Source: an uncultured virus (IMG/VR IMGVR_UViG_3300046314_000297) (taxonomy: Duplodnaviria > Heunggongvirae > Uroviricota > Caudoviricetes). Taken from it: a stretch of DNA of 60,615 nt. Below are positions 20,569 through 30,717 of this stretch, one piece after another. The stretch is from IMG/VR virus record IMGVR_UViG_3300046314_000297. The stretch is one strand, 5' to 3'. The notes beneath the pieces are model-generated. The model saw only the letters and a program-made list of their open reading frames with translations. It searched no databases and was not told the DNA's origin. Position 1 is the first letter of the stretch, and every line of letters starts with the position of its first letter. Both the position numbers and the translations under genes were made by a program.

Positions 20569-20989
20569 CAAGATTATTAAGAAGCTTCGCGGTGGAGCAG
20601 CAGCACCGAATGAGCATGGCCCAGCAGTACAGGCTGCAAAGCTACGCGCTAAGGAAGTAGCAGCAACGGATGCTTTGATTGACAGTGCAAAGCCAAAGGT
20701 AAAGGTTCAGGTTGTTAAGGCAACTGTTGGAACTAACCCAGGTTGTGCATGTGGCGGTCAGTGTGGTTGCAAGCCAAAAACTGCGCCAAAGACTAAGGCG
20801 GCAGATACTTACACCGCTGAAGTTAAGAAGGCTGCCGTCAAGAAGGCAGCAACTCCTGCACCTAGTGCAAAGAAGCCAGTAGCTAAGACTACTGAGAAGA
20901 AGATTGCGATTGCTAAGGACTTGGCAGATGAGCCAGTCGTTGCTAAGAAGCCAGTTGCTAAGAAGCCTGCACCAAAGAAGGCGAAGTAG
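20555..20989 (+). CDS. Lys/Ala-rich histone-like protein with a CACGGQCGC motif
   Basis: AKKP repeats. GGAG RBS before ATG 20555. Confidence 0.65.
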   Translation: MGIFNKIIKKLRGGAAAPNEHGPAVQAAKLRAKEVAATDALIDSAKPKVKVQVVKATVGTNPGCACGGQCGCKPKTAPKTKAADTYTAEVKKAAVKKAATPAPSAKKPVAKTTEKKIAIAKDLADEPVVAKKPVAKKPAPKKAK

Positions 20990-20991
20990 TC

Positions 20992-21177
20992 ATGGCAAAA
21001 AGGGAAGTAGCTGACTATATTTTGGTTTCAGCAGGATCTGCAGAAGAGTTGACTGTTCATACTCATAACCACATTATTGACGATTACGAACCATTTGGTG
21101 CACCATTCTCGGCAACATTTCATGACGGCAGCATTGGATTCTATCAAGCTGTGGTTAAGTATGCAGATCGATACTAA
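20992..21177 (+). CDS. DUF1737-like small protein
   Basis: Y.LV.....EL......I...YEP.G.PF......FYQAVVK pattern, recognised from memory. Confidence 0.55.
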   Translation: MAKREVADYILVSAGSAEELTVHTHNHIIDDYEPFGAPFSATFHDGSIGFYQAVVKYADRY

Positions 21178-21301
21178 TAAGCCAGCCCCGAAAAAGAAGT
21201 AAGGGCACAACTCCGTAACCTAACTAAGGTTGCCTTAAACGGAGTTGCAGAAACGGGTCCACCAACTTGCGGTGTGGGCCCGTTTTTGTTATGCTGGGGG
21301 A

Positions 21302-21796
21302 ATGAGTGAGATTATGCCAGAGGATTTGGTTACGCGGGAGGAAGCAGCGAAGGCTGTGTATGTGACCGAAGCGATGGTGTCGTACTGGACTCGCAAGGGT
21401 CGGGCGAATAAGTACTTTGTTCTAGGGAACAAGAAAGAGTTTCTCGTAAGCATGGCTGAGATTGTTTACGCAAGTCATTGGCGTGAGAATGAGATTGCCA
21501 GGATTACATCAGGGGAGTATGACTCAGTAGGGCGAATGATTACTCGGGCTGAAGCAGCAGAGTTGCTGTATGTGTCCGAGCCTCAGATTAGCAACTACTG
21601 TCGACGTGGATATTTAACTAGGCACTACCTGCTAGACAATAAGAAAACTTACTTCCTAGAACTTGATGAAGTTCTGCAAGTTACAATGAAGCGAAAGAAA
21701 GTCGAAGAGAAGCGCGTCCATGATTTGAAGATGCGCTACTGGGAGAATCCATTTCCACGAGATGAGCGAGGGCAGCGATTTGTCAAGCACGGATGA
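21302..21796 (+). CDS. Tandem HTH DNA-binding protein
   Basis: Two repeats of TR.EAA...YV.E...S.[WY].R.G. Leaderless ATG after TATGCT. Confidence 0.7.
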   Translation: MSEIMPEDLVTREEAAKAVYVTEAMVSYWTRKGRANKYFVLGNKKEFLVSMAEIVYASHWRENEIARITSGEYDSVGRMITRAEAAELLYVSEPQISNYCRRGYLTRHYLLDNKKTYFLELDEVLQVTMKRKKVEEKRVHDLKMRYWENPFPRDERGQRFVKHG

Positions 21797-22043
21797 GCCA
21801 ATGGTTAAGATTACGGTTGCAGCAGATGAGGTCGGAGTCTCGTACAAAACTTTGTACAACTGGATTGAAGACGGCTCGCTTCCATTAGCCCACCCCGGCT
21901 ATGTGAGGATGTCGGATGTCCACCGAGCCATGATGATTAAGCAGAACACTAAGTCCAACTGGTCTCGTAAGAATGCCAGTTATGTAGCCCGAGATGTAAA
22001 CGGTAGGTTCAAGTTGCTCAATGGAAAGCTCAACGGCAAGTAG
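21762..22043 (+). CDS. Excisionase/MerR-like HTH protein, start uncertain
   Basis: AADEVGVSYKTLYNWIEDGSL. Confidence 0.7.
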   Translation: MSEGSDLSSTDEPMVKITVAADEVGVSYKTLYNWIEDGSLPLAHPGYVRMSDVHRAMMIKQNTKSNWSRKNASYVARDVNGRFKLLNGKLNGK

Positions 22044-22282
22044 TAATGTAGCAGGCTTGACGGATTAGTCAAAGAGGGTAACTTGTTACTGCAAGGAGCA
22101 AAACCCTTCCGTCTCCCTATCCACGCGCTAAAAAAACTTTTCAAGCTTCGTTCTCTCCGAACTCAACTTCGAACGAGTATCGTAAAATTAATAGGACGGT
22201 GGATCGTTTGCAAGTCCTCTCCCCGGTTGAATGGTCCACCGTCGCTTAACAACTAACTTCCAACGGAGAGAACCGACGAACG

Positions 22283-23167
22283 ATGTTTGACAAAGAAGAC
22301 GAAGACGAACTTCCCGAAATCCAGGATGACGAACCGATCGATCTTAGGGTTGACCTAAGCGGCCTGGGTATAGACGAAGTTGATAAAGGCGTCTGCGAGG
22401 ACAACTACACTAACCGTGGTATACTTCGTAAAGCTCGCATGTCCTGGGATCCGGTCTACTCAACTAACGGAGTACCTACCGGACTGATTAGGGCCCGCTC
22501 TCAAGAATCAATGGCCGAGCGTCGCTTGATGACACTTGCCGAGAAGCGGCCAGTGCTTTCAGTTCCAACGGATAATAACTCCGACTACCTAACCGGCCTG
22601 GATCTACTAGTTGAAGAAGCATCGGATTATCTAGTTCCGCCTTGGGTTATCCACAGTACCCGCCTCTATCTCAAAGAGCAGGAGAATGGTGGTCCGGCGA
22701 GCGCTAAACGTCAACCACTTGCCCAACCTCATCGATGCCGACAGATCAAGAGCGACGGTATCCGCTGCCTACTTTGGAGTTCGGGACGTCCAAAGGATGA
22801 CGGCCTGTGTAGAGTACATTTGCGATCAGCGAAACATAAGACATCCGATGACATCGAACGAGCTCGTACGAAGTTGATGCAAGCTGCACCTTACGCAGTT
22901 GACAAGCTTGAAGATCTAATGATGAACGCAGAGAGTGAACCGGTTCAGCTCAAAGCTGCAACGGAGATCCTTGACCGAGCTGGTGTACGTGGTGGTGTTG
23001 AGATCGACACGACGGTGAACATTGATGTGCGGCCAGCAGCTTCAGTAATAGCCGAGCGACTTGACCGTCTTGCTCAAGGAGCGATCGCAAATGCTGCTAG
23101 ACTAACCGCAGCTACTGAAGAAGTAGTTGACGCTGAAGTTGTAACGGAGCCTGCCAAGAATGAATGA
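22283..23167 (+). CDS. Probable terminase small subunit
   Basis: RC...SDG.RC......GLCRVH zinc motif followed by AVDKLEDLM..AESEPVQLKAATEILDRAG, as in terminase-adjacent actinophage proteins (inference). Confidence 0.55.
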   Translation: MFDKEDEDELPEIQDDEPIDLRVDLSGLGIDEVDKGVCEDNYTNRGILRKARMSWDPVYSTNGVPTGLIRARSQESMAERRLMTLAEKRPVLSVPTDNNSDYLTGLDLLVEEASDYLVPPWVIHSTRLYLKEQENGGPASAKRQPLAQPHRCRQIKSDGIRCLLWSSGRPKDDGLCRVHLRSAKHKTSDDIERARTKLMQAAPYAVDKLEDLMMNAESEPVQLKAATEILDRAGVRGGVEIDTTVNIDVRPAASVIAERLDRLAQGAIANAARLTAATEEVVDAEVVTEPAKNE

Positions 23168-23351
23168 AGAACTTAACCAAATAACGGAAGCGGCCCGCGC
23201 ACTTTACACGAACCTAAAAGCGGATATCCAGAATGCCGGTACCCGCGTCGAGCACATCAGATTAACCGCACTGACTCAGGAAGCTGCGAATCTTCTAACG
23301 GAGCTCGAGAACATGGGATCAGCTTCCAACGAAGAGTCTTCTGCAGCATAA
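23160..23351 (+). CDS. Small helical hypothetical protein
   Basis: Overlaps the upstream stop. GGAG RBS. Confidence 0.55.
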   Translation: MNEELNQITEAARALYTNLKADIQNAGTRVEHIRLTALTQEAANLLTELENMGSASNEESSAA

Positions 23352-23378
23352 CGGCCAACACTGTGATAGACTTCACAC

Positions 23379-24227
23379 GTGAACAGCTCAGCTGAAGTTT
23401 TTGTCCAGACGGCCCGGAAGTATGTTGGTTATACTTCCGAGCTACTTGGGCGCAACAGTTTCGGCGAGCGCGTAGGTTATAACACGACGGTCTGGTCTGG
23501 GGCATTCATTGATGTGATCGCCCGGGAGAGCGGCCTGGACATACCGTCATTCGTTTATAGTCCTGCAGCGCTCGCCGAATTCTTACGTAACGGCCAGGTT
23601 GTAAAGACACCGCGGCCAGGGGACATCGCGATCTTTAACTTCGCATCAACATCAACACATGCGGCGAGCGCCTTCAATAGCCCGCACTGCGGGATTGTTA
23701 CTGACGTCCGCCATCTTTCAACCAACGGTCAGTTCGTTACAGTGGAAGCTAATACGACGGGTACCCAATACCAGCAGCAAGACGGAATCTACGTAAAGCT
23801 TCGCCATCTAACGGATGTTGTTACCTTCTGCCGGCCTGCCACTTTCAACGGACCTGTTCGTAAGTTGTTAGCAGCTGCCCGCCGATCCGGCCTGCAACTT
23901 CTAACGAAGGTTAAACGGATCTTCAACCAGGAGCTCAAGCTCGAGCTAGATCAGATCCAGGAAGCGGCCAGCTTACAACCAACGGTTGATATAAAGATGA
24001 TCCGGCCTGCAACTAAGAACAAGCAGATAGCTGCAGTGCAGCTCGCACTTTCAACGGTTGTTGATTTGATCGGAGCTGAGCAAGGAAAGTGGGACCAGGT
24101 CACGGCGAGCGCCTTCGCTAGGTTCCAACGAAACATTGGACGTGTCGGATCGGATGCATCGGGGATGCCAGATCTACAGACTTTGCAACGGCTGGCTAAA
24201 GACACCGGCATGTTCCAGGTAAGCTAG
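23379..24227 (+). CDS. CHAP/NlpC-like domain plus peptidoglycan-binding-like C-terminus
   Basis: A.KYVGY...WSGAFI...P.PGDI..F...HCGIV...VEANT. Leaderless GTG after TAGACT. Confidence 0.7.
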   Translation: MNSSAEVFVQTARKYVGYTSELLGRNSFGERVGYNTTVWSGAFIDVIARESGLDIPSFVYSPAALAEFLRNGQVVKTPRPGDIAIFNFASTSTHAASAFNSPHCGIVTDVRHLSTNGQFVTVEANTTGTQYQQQDGIYVKLRHLTDVVTFCRPATFNGPVRKLLAAARRSGLQLLTKVKRIFNQELKLELDQIQEAASLQPTVDIKMIRPATKNKQIAAVQLALSTVVDLIGAEQGKWDQVTASAFARFQRNIGRVGSDASGMPDLQTLQRLAKDTGMFQVS

Positions 24228-24313
24228 CTCCAACTTCTAACGAAGAGATGGAAGCTGCGGCCCGCCCCTAAGGCCGGCTTGCATTCTGAACCAGGTCCTG
24301 CTAACATCGACGT

Positions 24314-25768
24314 ATGAAACAATTCACATACCACGTAAACTGCAGCGGACTCTGTACTGTAGACCGGATCACGATCCAAGCTTTCAACGAAGAAGACGCT
24401 GTTCAGAAGTTGCTAGCTGCGACACTGAACGGCGAGCACTTCAGTAACCCGCGGCTTGAACGCGTCGAAGGAAGGGACTAACCATGGCTAAAGGCAAGGA
24501 AGCAATCGCTGCAGAGAAGCGACGGAATGCTGAGCTACTAGAGAAGCAATCAGAGTTGATGATTCGGATCGCAGAACTTAAGACGGAGAACGTCACCCTT
24601 CATGAGAAGGTGCGGGCCCTGGAAGTGCAGCATGATCGAGCAATTAGAACCGGCACGCTTCTCACTGAACGCGACGAAGCCATCGCGCAGGCAAACGGCA
24701 TGCAAGATGAACTTGCGATGTGGAAGGCCCGCGCTATCATGTTTGCTGAAGCTGCAGTGTCCGAAGAAAATGTCAACACGATCAAACTTCCAGTCGAAGC
24801 TTTCGGAGTACTTGCGGACCTCGGACTAGCGCCTGAGGCACTGAAGAGGAATCGACAGCAGCGACGTTCAGTCAAGTCCGAGGCCAGGTTCCAAAAGCAG
24901 GAGCGGCTAGCCCGCGAATATCACAAGCTGGAGAAGACTGTTCCAATGATTGACATTTAATCATCGGCATGCTAAGCTGAACAAACAACCAACGAAAGGG
25001 GATCCCCATGGATCGCGAAGAAGTAGCAGTAATACTAGACACTCTGATCAAACAAGCGGAGCGTGCACTGCAGGTTTTGGAAGACGAGACCGACGATCGA
25101 ATTCAGGCACGCGTACGTGTGATGACCACTACGGTCACCGACCTACAGAACGAGGTGCACTAATGCAGTCAAAGCATGTTAAAGCGGTACCCGACGAGCT
25201 GCGCTTCTGTGCGGCATGCGGATACGAGGGCTCGCCAAACGCTGGCCCGTCCGATGACCTTCGCTTCTACGGGACTGAACTACTTCACCCGATATGCCGC
25301 GAAGAGATGGGGTTCCTGCTAACGGAGTTCACCAAGGCGGGCTCGGTTACTGAGGACGACGCAGCGGACCTATTGCGACGGATCCAGCTCTAACTTCCAA
25401 CGAACGGCATGCGGCGAGCGCCTCTCCAAATCAACATCTCAGTAACGGGGTAACATAACCTCATGAGAAGTTTAGAGATCCACGTATTCGAGACCGATGC
25501 CGATTTGGATAGCGGCGTGCTTGGCGGCCTGCTGACCGTCGAGGACCTAGATGCCGTAGCATGCACTGCGTGCTTGGACGAAGTCGGACACACTAACGGA
25601 TCCTTCGTAAGCTACACGACTGTGCTTGATGACGTCGATCAGTGGTACCTTTGCATTCCATGTACTGGAGCAGTACTCGAGCCATCAGCTGCAGCGATCG
25701 ATGAACCGATCTATCTTCTTGACGTCGACGACGAGGAATTCGAAACTTTCGACCTAACGGATGACTAG
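24314..25768 (+). CDS. Run of small hypothetical ORFs: 24314-24481, 24484-24960 (coiled coil), 25008-25163, 25163-25393, 25463-25768
   Basis: Each has an RBS, a coupled start or a leaderless -10/ATG arrangement. Two carry CxxC motifs. Confidence 0.55.
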
Positions 25769-25950
25769 CTAGTAGCTCAGCTCCTTCCCAACTTCCAACG
25801 AAGCCTGGGACCTGAATGCTGAATTTAGTCCCGTATTCATTTTTTCAATACACGTATTCATTTTTTCACAAGAGCAAAACACCCGCTGCGTGATTTGACT
25901 CGCCGAACCTTTTCTGCTAAGTTTGACCTAAGCAATGAAAGGACGGAAAA

Positions 25951-26481
25951 ATGCACGTTGCGCACATACTGCTTGTTCAAGCAGACTCAGCAGAGGACGC
26001 CTTTGAGAGGGTCGAAAGCGAACTATCACCAACTGACTATGGAGTTCGACCAGAGTGGTCAGACTGGCACAATGCCAACAACTCAGCAGAGATGAACTTT
26101 GCTGGTCGTTGGACTGGTTCATTCTTCAAGAGCGATAAAGAGGACGAGCCAAACCCAAACCACCTTTGCTACGCAGATGACAAGGCGCTCGCAGAAAGTG
26201 TTATCTCTGACCAGTTAGCCATGCGTGACGCGGAGATTGCCAACATTAGAAAGAACATGGTTTCAGACCTTTCTACTGTCACAATCAACCACTACGCAGA
26301 AAAGTGGAACATGGATTACTGGTATACCCAGAAGTTCCTCAAGTTGGCAGATAACGAGTGGACTCCAGACTCATACATTTATGACCTAGAAACCAGCACA
26401 GCGTCACTTCACTGGTTCATGGAGCGTGTCATGCTCGTGCCAAAGAAGCAGTTTCTGGTTCCTGTGGACTTCCATTATTAG
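25951..26481 (+). CDS. Hypothetical phage protein
   Basis: AAAGGACGG RBS. Motifs WSDW...AGRW and C-terminal VDFH. Confidence 0.7.
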   Translation: MHVAHILLVQADSAEDAFERVESELSPTDYGVRPEWSDWHNANNSAEMNFAGRWTGSFFKSDKEDEPNPNHLCYADDKALAESVISDQLAMRDAEIANIRKNMVSDLSTVTINHYAEKWNMDYWYTQKFLKLADNEWTPDSYIYDLETSTASLHWFMERVMLVPKKQFLVPVDFHY

Positions 26482-26510
26482 AAGTGGAGAAGTGGTGATA
26501 CACTTTTCTT

Positions 26511-26966
26511 ATGAAATCAATAGACAGATTTACAACTAAATACAAAATCAATCTAGAAACAGGCTGCTGGGACTGGATAGCAGGGACATCGGCTGGGTAT
26601 GGAGCGTTCGCGTACGAGCGCGGCAAAAAAGCCCATAGATTCTCGTACGAATACCACAACAACACCATTCTCGGCGAACTGACTATCGACCACTTATGTA
26701 GGAATACACTGTGCGTAAATCCAGAACACTTAGAGGCAGTACCTAAGGGGGAGAACTCTAGGCGCAGAAATCTCAACCACACCTATAAGAAAAAAGAAGT
26801 CTGTAAGAATGGACACTTCATAGGAAAAAATGAATACGTCAGACCAGATGGCTACTCTGAGTGCCTACTATGTAGGAGTGATAGAGGTAAGGCTTATAGG
26901 GAGAAGCATGGAGACGAGCATAGAGCCAAACTTCGTAAGTATTACCACGACAAAAAAAATAAATAA
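26511..26966 (+). CDS. HNH endonuclease
   Basis: GCWDW.....GYG....AHRFSY...IDHLCRN..CVNPEHLE.V...EN. AT-rich, with a leaderless start. Confidence 0.92.
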   Translation: MKSIDRFTTKYKINLETGCWDWIAGTSAGYGAFAYERGKKAHRFSYEYHNNTILGELTIDHLCRNTLCVNPEHLEAVPKGENSRRRNLNHTYKKKEVCKNGHFIGKNEYVRPDGYSECLLCRSDRGKAYREKHGDEHRAKLRKYYHDKKNK

Positions 26967-27055
26967 AAAACTTTCAAAATAGACTTGACACTTCGAACGA
27001 ATGGTGTAAAGTTATCAGTAGGTGGAAATCACCACCCAAAAAGTAAGGACGGAAA

Positions 27056-27526
27056 ATGACAACAATCGTTGAGCCAGTAGTCGAGACAGGTAAGCCAGCA
27101 ATCGCTGGTGTTGGTATCTATCTCGAACTCGTGCCAAAGGGCGACAACCCACACAACAAGACCACCCAGATTTTGTTTACCCCACAAGGTATGACAGAAA
27201 AGGGTCAGCCAGTAGGACTCGCCATGATTTCTCGTGAGGTCTCAACTTGGTCGCCACGCAAGCAATGGAGGCACAACTTCTCTCGCTTGACAGCAGAGCA
27301 AGAAGCACTCGCACCAGCAGACCAAGCACTCGCACTAATCGCTCGTTTCGAGACTTCTCTCAAGCGTGAGATTTACTATGGCTACGAACTACGCAACAAG
27401 CCAATCGTTTTCGAAGTTACCAACCTAGACCTCGCCGAGGTTCTGGACTGGAAAGCACCTGCTTCGGCACTACGCCGAATCCAAAAGGCACGAGTATCTC
27501 TCGGCTTTCCAGAGAAGTTAGTTTAG
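27056..27526 (+). CDS. Hypothetical protein
   Basis: Own promoter (26985) and AAGGACGG RBS. Confidence 0.7.
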   Translation: MTTIVEPVVETGKPAIAGVGIYLELVPKGDNPHNKTTQILFTPQGMTEKGQPVGLAMISREVSTWSPRKQWRHNFSRLTAEQEALAPADQALALIARFETSLKREIYYGYELRNKPIVFEVTNLDLAEVLDWKAPASALRRIQKARVSLGFPEKLV

Positions 27527-27549
27527 TCAAGGAATAGGACGGAAAAATC

Positions 27550-28590
27550 ATGACTACAACCACAGCAACCCCAGCACCAGCAACACGCTCAATGGACACC
27601 ATTGAGGTAGACGAACTGTTCGCCAATCTGACAGGTATGCTTTTCAGCGTGGCTGTTCAGGACAAGGACGCAAGTCTCAAGTCTCCAAATCTCGACTCCC
27701 TAATGCCACCTGCCGCTCGTGCTAATCTTAGAGCAAAGGCTGGCACAGGACAGGTAAAGGTAGCGAAGAAGTCAATGGTCAATGTTGAAGCACTAGAGGG
27801 TGTCGAGAAGTATCCTCGCCCAAATGGTCAGGATTACTACGCTCGCCCTTGGGGTGAACACACAGACATCGAGGTTCTCCGCAAGGCTCGAACTGCTGAC
27901 CAGTTTGTTCTCCTCTATGGTGCGCCCGGAACTGGTAAGACTGCCGCTGTTGAAGCAGCGTTCCCAGACGAACTTTACACAGTCTTGGGTTCAGGCGACA
28001 CCGAAGTTTCTGACCTCGTTGGAGGGTATGTTCAGACTCCAAGTGGCGGCTTCGAGTGGGTGGACGGTTCTCTCGTTCGCGCCGCCGAAGAGGGTAAGGT
28101 TCTTCTCATTGACGAGATTGGTCTCATTGACCCAAAGGTCTTGTCAATCGTTTATGGTCTCATGGACGGACGCAGGGAATACACCGTCACAGCGAACCCA
28201 GAGCGCGGAACTGTCAAGGCGAAAGAGGGCTTCTATGTAATCGCCGCGACTAACCCAAATGCCCCAGGAGTTCGCCTATCAGAGGCGTTGCTATCTCGCT
28301 TCTCACTCCAAGTTGAAATGACAACTGACTGGGGTCTTGCCAAGAAGTTGGGCGTTCCAGTAATCGCTGTAACTGCCGCGCAGAACCTTGCGAAGAAGCA
28401 GAGCAATGGAGAAGTTTCTTGGTCTCCACAAATGCGTGAGTTGCTCAACTTCAAGACAGTCTCGACCTTGTTTGGTTCGAAGTTCGCTGTCGAGAACCTC
28501 GCAGGTTCAGCACCAGAACTTGACCGTTCTGTTGTGGTAGATGTTCTGACCCGAGTGTTCGGCGAAGAAGTCAAGCCAGCCAAGATTTAG
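27550..28590 (+). CDS. MoxR/CbbQ/CobS-like AAA+ ATPase
   Basis: Walker A GAPGTGKT, Walker B LLIDEI, ATNP, and SEALLSRF arginine finger. Confidence 0.9.
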   Translation: MTTTTATPAPATRSMDTIEVDELFANLTGMLFSVAVQDKDASLKSPNLDSLMPPAARANLRAKAGTGQVKVAKKSMVNVEALEGVEKYPRPNGQDYYARPWGEHTDIEVLRKARTADQFVLLYGAPGTGKTAAVEAAFPDELYTVLGSGDTEVSDLVGGYVQTPSGGFEWVDGSLVRAAEEGKVLLIDEIGLIDPKVLSIVYGLMDGRREYTVTANPERGTVKAKEGFYVIAATNPNAPGVRLSEALLSRFSLQVEMTTDWGLAKKLGVPVIAVTAAQNLAKKQSNGEVSWSPQMRELLNFKTVSTLFGSKFAVENLAGSAPELDRSVVVDVLTRVFGEEVKPAKI

Positions 28591-28711
28591 CAACACCGTC
28601 CGTTGCTAATCGGGGAGTGTCAAAAAAGTTTTCGAATGGACTTGACACTCCCCACCCACTTATGCTACTTTGTTGGTAGGACGAAACACCAACACGAATA
28701 AAGGACGAAAC

Positions 28712-30484
28712 ATGGCACACTTATCTAGACTCTCAACTCGCACGAGTTCAACTCCTGTCGAGTGGCTCAAGACCTGTTCACACATTGGCGAAGTTGCTAA
28801 TGCTTGGGCTGGTCGTGGAGACCTTGCTGTCTACGCTGGCGAGGACGCTGGCATGGGCGAGGCACTTGCTTGCTTCATTATCGAGACAGCAGAAATCGAA
28901 ATCAACCTACCAAAGGCTTTTGGCAAGGCGACCACTCCAGAAATGGTTGGCGACCTACGCTTGCGCGAAGTTCAGTATGACTGGGCAGAGCCAGTTGGCG
29001 TTATCTATCACGAGGCACTTCACGCTCGTTACACCACTTGGAACATGGAGGCACTCAAGGAGAGTCCAAAGGTCGAGATTGACGCTTTCATGTTGCTAGA
29101 GGAGTCACGCATTGAAGCACGAGGCGCACGACTAATCCCAAGTAACAAGTTGTTCTTGCGCTCGTCTGCCCTTGGTCTCTCGATTGGTGACATGGCAGAG
29201 GCTGTCAAGGACATGAGCGAGGTCTGGGCGACTGCCAACCTCGCAGGTCTGGCACTTGCTCGTGTAGACGCTGGCGTTCTCGAAGCGAGTGATGTCACGA
29301 TTATCGAGGGCAAGGTTCTCGAGATTCTGGGCGAGGACTTGCTTGGCAAGTTGCGTTCAGTCTGGGTTCGCTTTCAGGCACTAGAGACTTCACAAATGGA
29401 ACAGGGCAAGGCACTCGCTCAAGAGTGGGTCGAGTTGCTACGCGAGGCAGACCCAGAGGGCGAACCTCAAGAGGGTGGCGCAGGTGGCGCAATGTCACAG
29501 GCACTCCAAGACTTGATTGACGCGCTTGGCGAGGCTGCTGGCGATACTGCTGTTCAGGTCTCGATTGACATGGGCGACCAGCAGGATTCAGAGGAACGCA
29601 AGGCAGAGGCAGAGGAACGCGCCAAGGAAAGCAAGCGACAGAACGACAACAAGCAGGAGTCGCGCGAAGTGTTCACTCGCTCGAATGGCTCGACTGGTTC
29701 TGGGTCAGATTCACGACTCCAAGAACAGCGCAACCCAACTGGACACGAACGCGCCGCCGCTGTTCAGATTGCCAAGATGTTGGAAAAGGCAAAGTATCGT
29801 GAACGCTCGCTCACCGAAATCAAGAGCCACGCGCCACAGGGTCGCCTCAAGGCTCGCGTTGCTATTCAGAACGCCGCCGCGAAGTCGCGTGGAGTTCGTG
29901 AGACACAGCCAGCGTGGGTCGCCAAGAAGCGCAAGCACACAGACGACCCGAACCTAAGCATTGGTGTCATGGTGGACATTAGCGGCTCAATGAGTTCGGC
30001 AATGGAGGCAATGGCAACTACGGCGTGGGTCATGGGAGAAGCAGGTCGCCGCGTTCAAGCCAAGACCGCAATGGTCTACTTCGGCTCGGGAGTGTTCTCG
30101 ACTCTCAAGGTCGGTCAGAAGTTGGACAAGGTTTCGGTCTACTCCGCGCCAGACGGAACGGAGAAGTTTGACAAGGCGTTCAAGGCACTAGACGGCGAGT
30201 TGAACCTGACCTACGGCGAGGGTGTTCGTATGTTGGTCGTTGTATCAGACGGACAGTTCACCAGCGTAGAAATGGAAAAGGCTCAAGCCGCGGCTCGCCT
30301 TTGTGACCGCAACGGAGTCGCGCTTCTTTGGATTACGCCAGAGGCTTGCTGGAGTGGCAAGGGTCAAGCCTTGCTCAACGGCACGAGCGGCGTGGTTCTG
30401 GACAAGATGAAAACAGACGAGATTGCGCTCGCTATCGGTAAAGCCGCCGCCGAAGCACTCGGTAAGGTGGGTTCAAAGTTCTAG
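28712..30484 (+). CDS. CobT-like protein: HExxH domain plus C-terminal VWA domain
   Basis: YHEALH...LLEESRIE, an acidic linker, MIDAS DISGSM and VVSDG. Paired with the upstream ATPase. Confidence 0.85.
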   Translation: MAHLSRLSTRTSSTPVEWLKTCSHIGEVANAWAGRGDLAVYAGEDAGMGEALACFIIETAEIEINLPKAFGKATTPEMVGDLRLREVQYDWAEPVGVIYHEALHARYTTWNMEALKESPKVEIDAFMLLEESRIEARGARLIPSNKLFLRSSALGLSIGDMAEAVKDMSEVWATANLAGLALARVDAGVLEASDVTIIEGKVLEILGEDLLGKLRSVWVRFQALETSQMEQGKALAQEWVELLREADPEGEPQEGGAGGAMSQALQDLIDALGEAAGDTAVQVSIDMGDQQDSEERKAEAEERAKESKRQNDNKQESREVFTRSNGSTGSGSDSRLQEQRNPTGHERAAAVQIAKMLEKAKYRERSLTEIKSHAPQGRLKARVAIQNAAAKSRGVRETQPAWVAKKRKHTDDPNLSIGVMVDISGSMSSAMEAMATTAWVMGEAGRRVQAKTAMVYFGSGVFSTLKVGQKLDKVSVYSAPDGTEKFDKAFKALDGELNLTYGEGVRMLVVVSDGQFTSVEMEKAQAAARLCDRNGVALLWITPEACWSGKGQALLNGTSGVVLDKMKTDEIALAIGKAAAEALGKVGSKF

Positions 30485-30717
30485 GATTCCACTAGCGCAA
30501 CGGTAGGCTTTCGGGTTCGTTCATGCCCGCCTCCTTTCCCTATCGGCTACTGGATAGAGACCCTCGACAGATTCGTCCCTGTCGGGGGTTTCGCACTTTC
30601 GGCGAGCGCAGGTCGTATTCATTTTTTCATTCTGTCTTTCGACTTCTGACGAAAGATGTTTGACACTCGTTTGAAGTATGCTAAGTTTGAACTATTCCTA
30701 GAAAGGGGAAAACAGAA

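Noticed and set aside
24950..25393. 147-aa ORF from the track
   Set aside because: It is better explained as two coupled genes, 25008-25163 and 25163-25393, behind a promoter and AAGGGG RBS.
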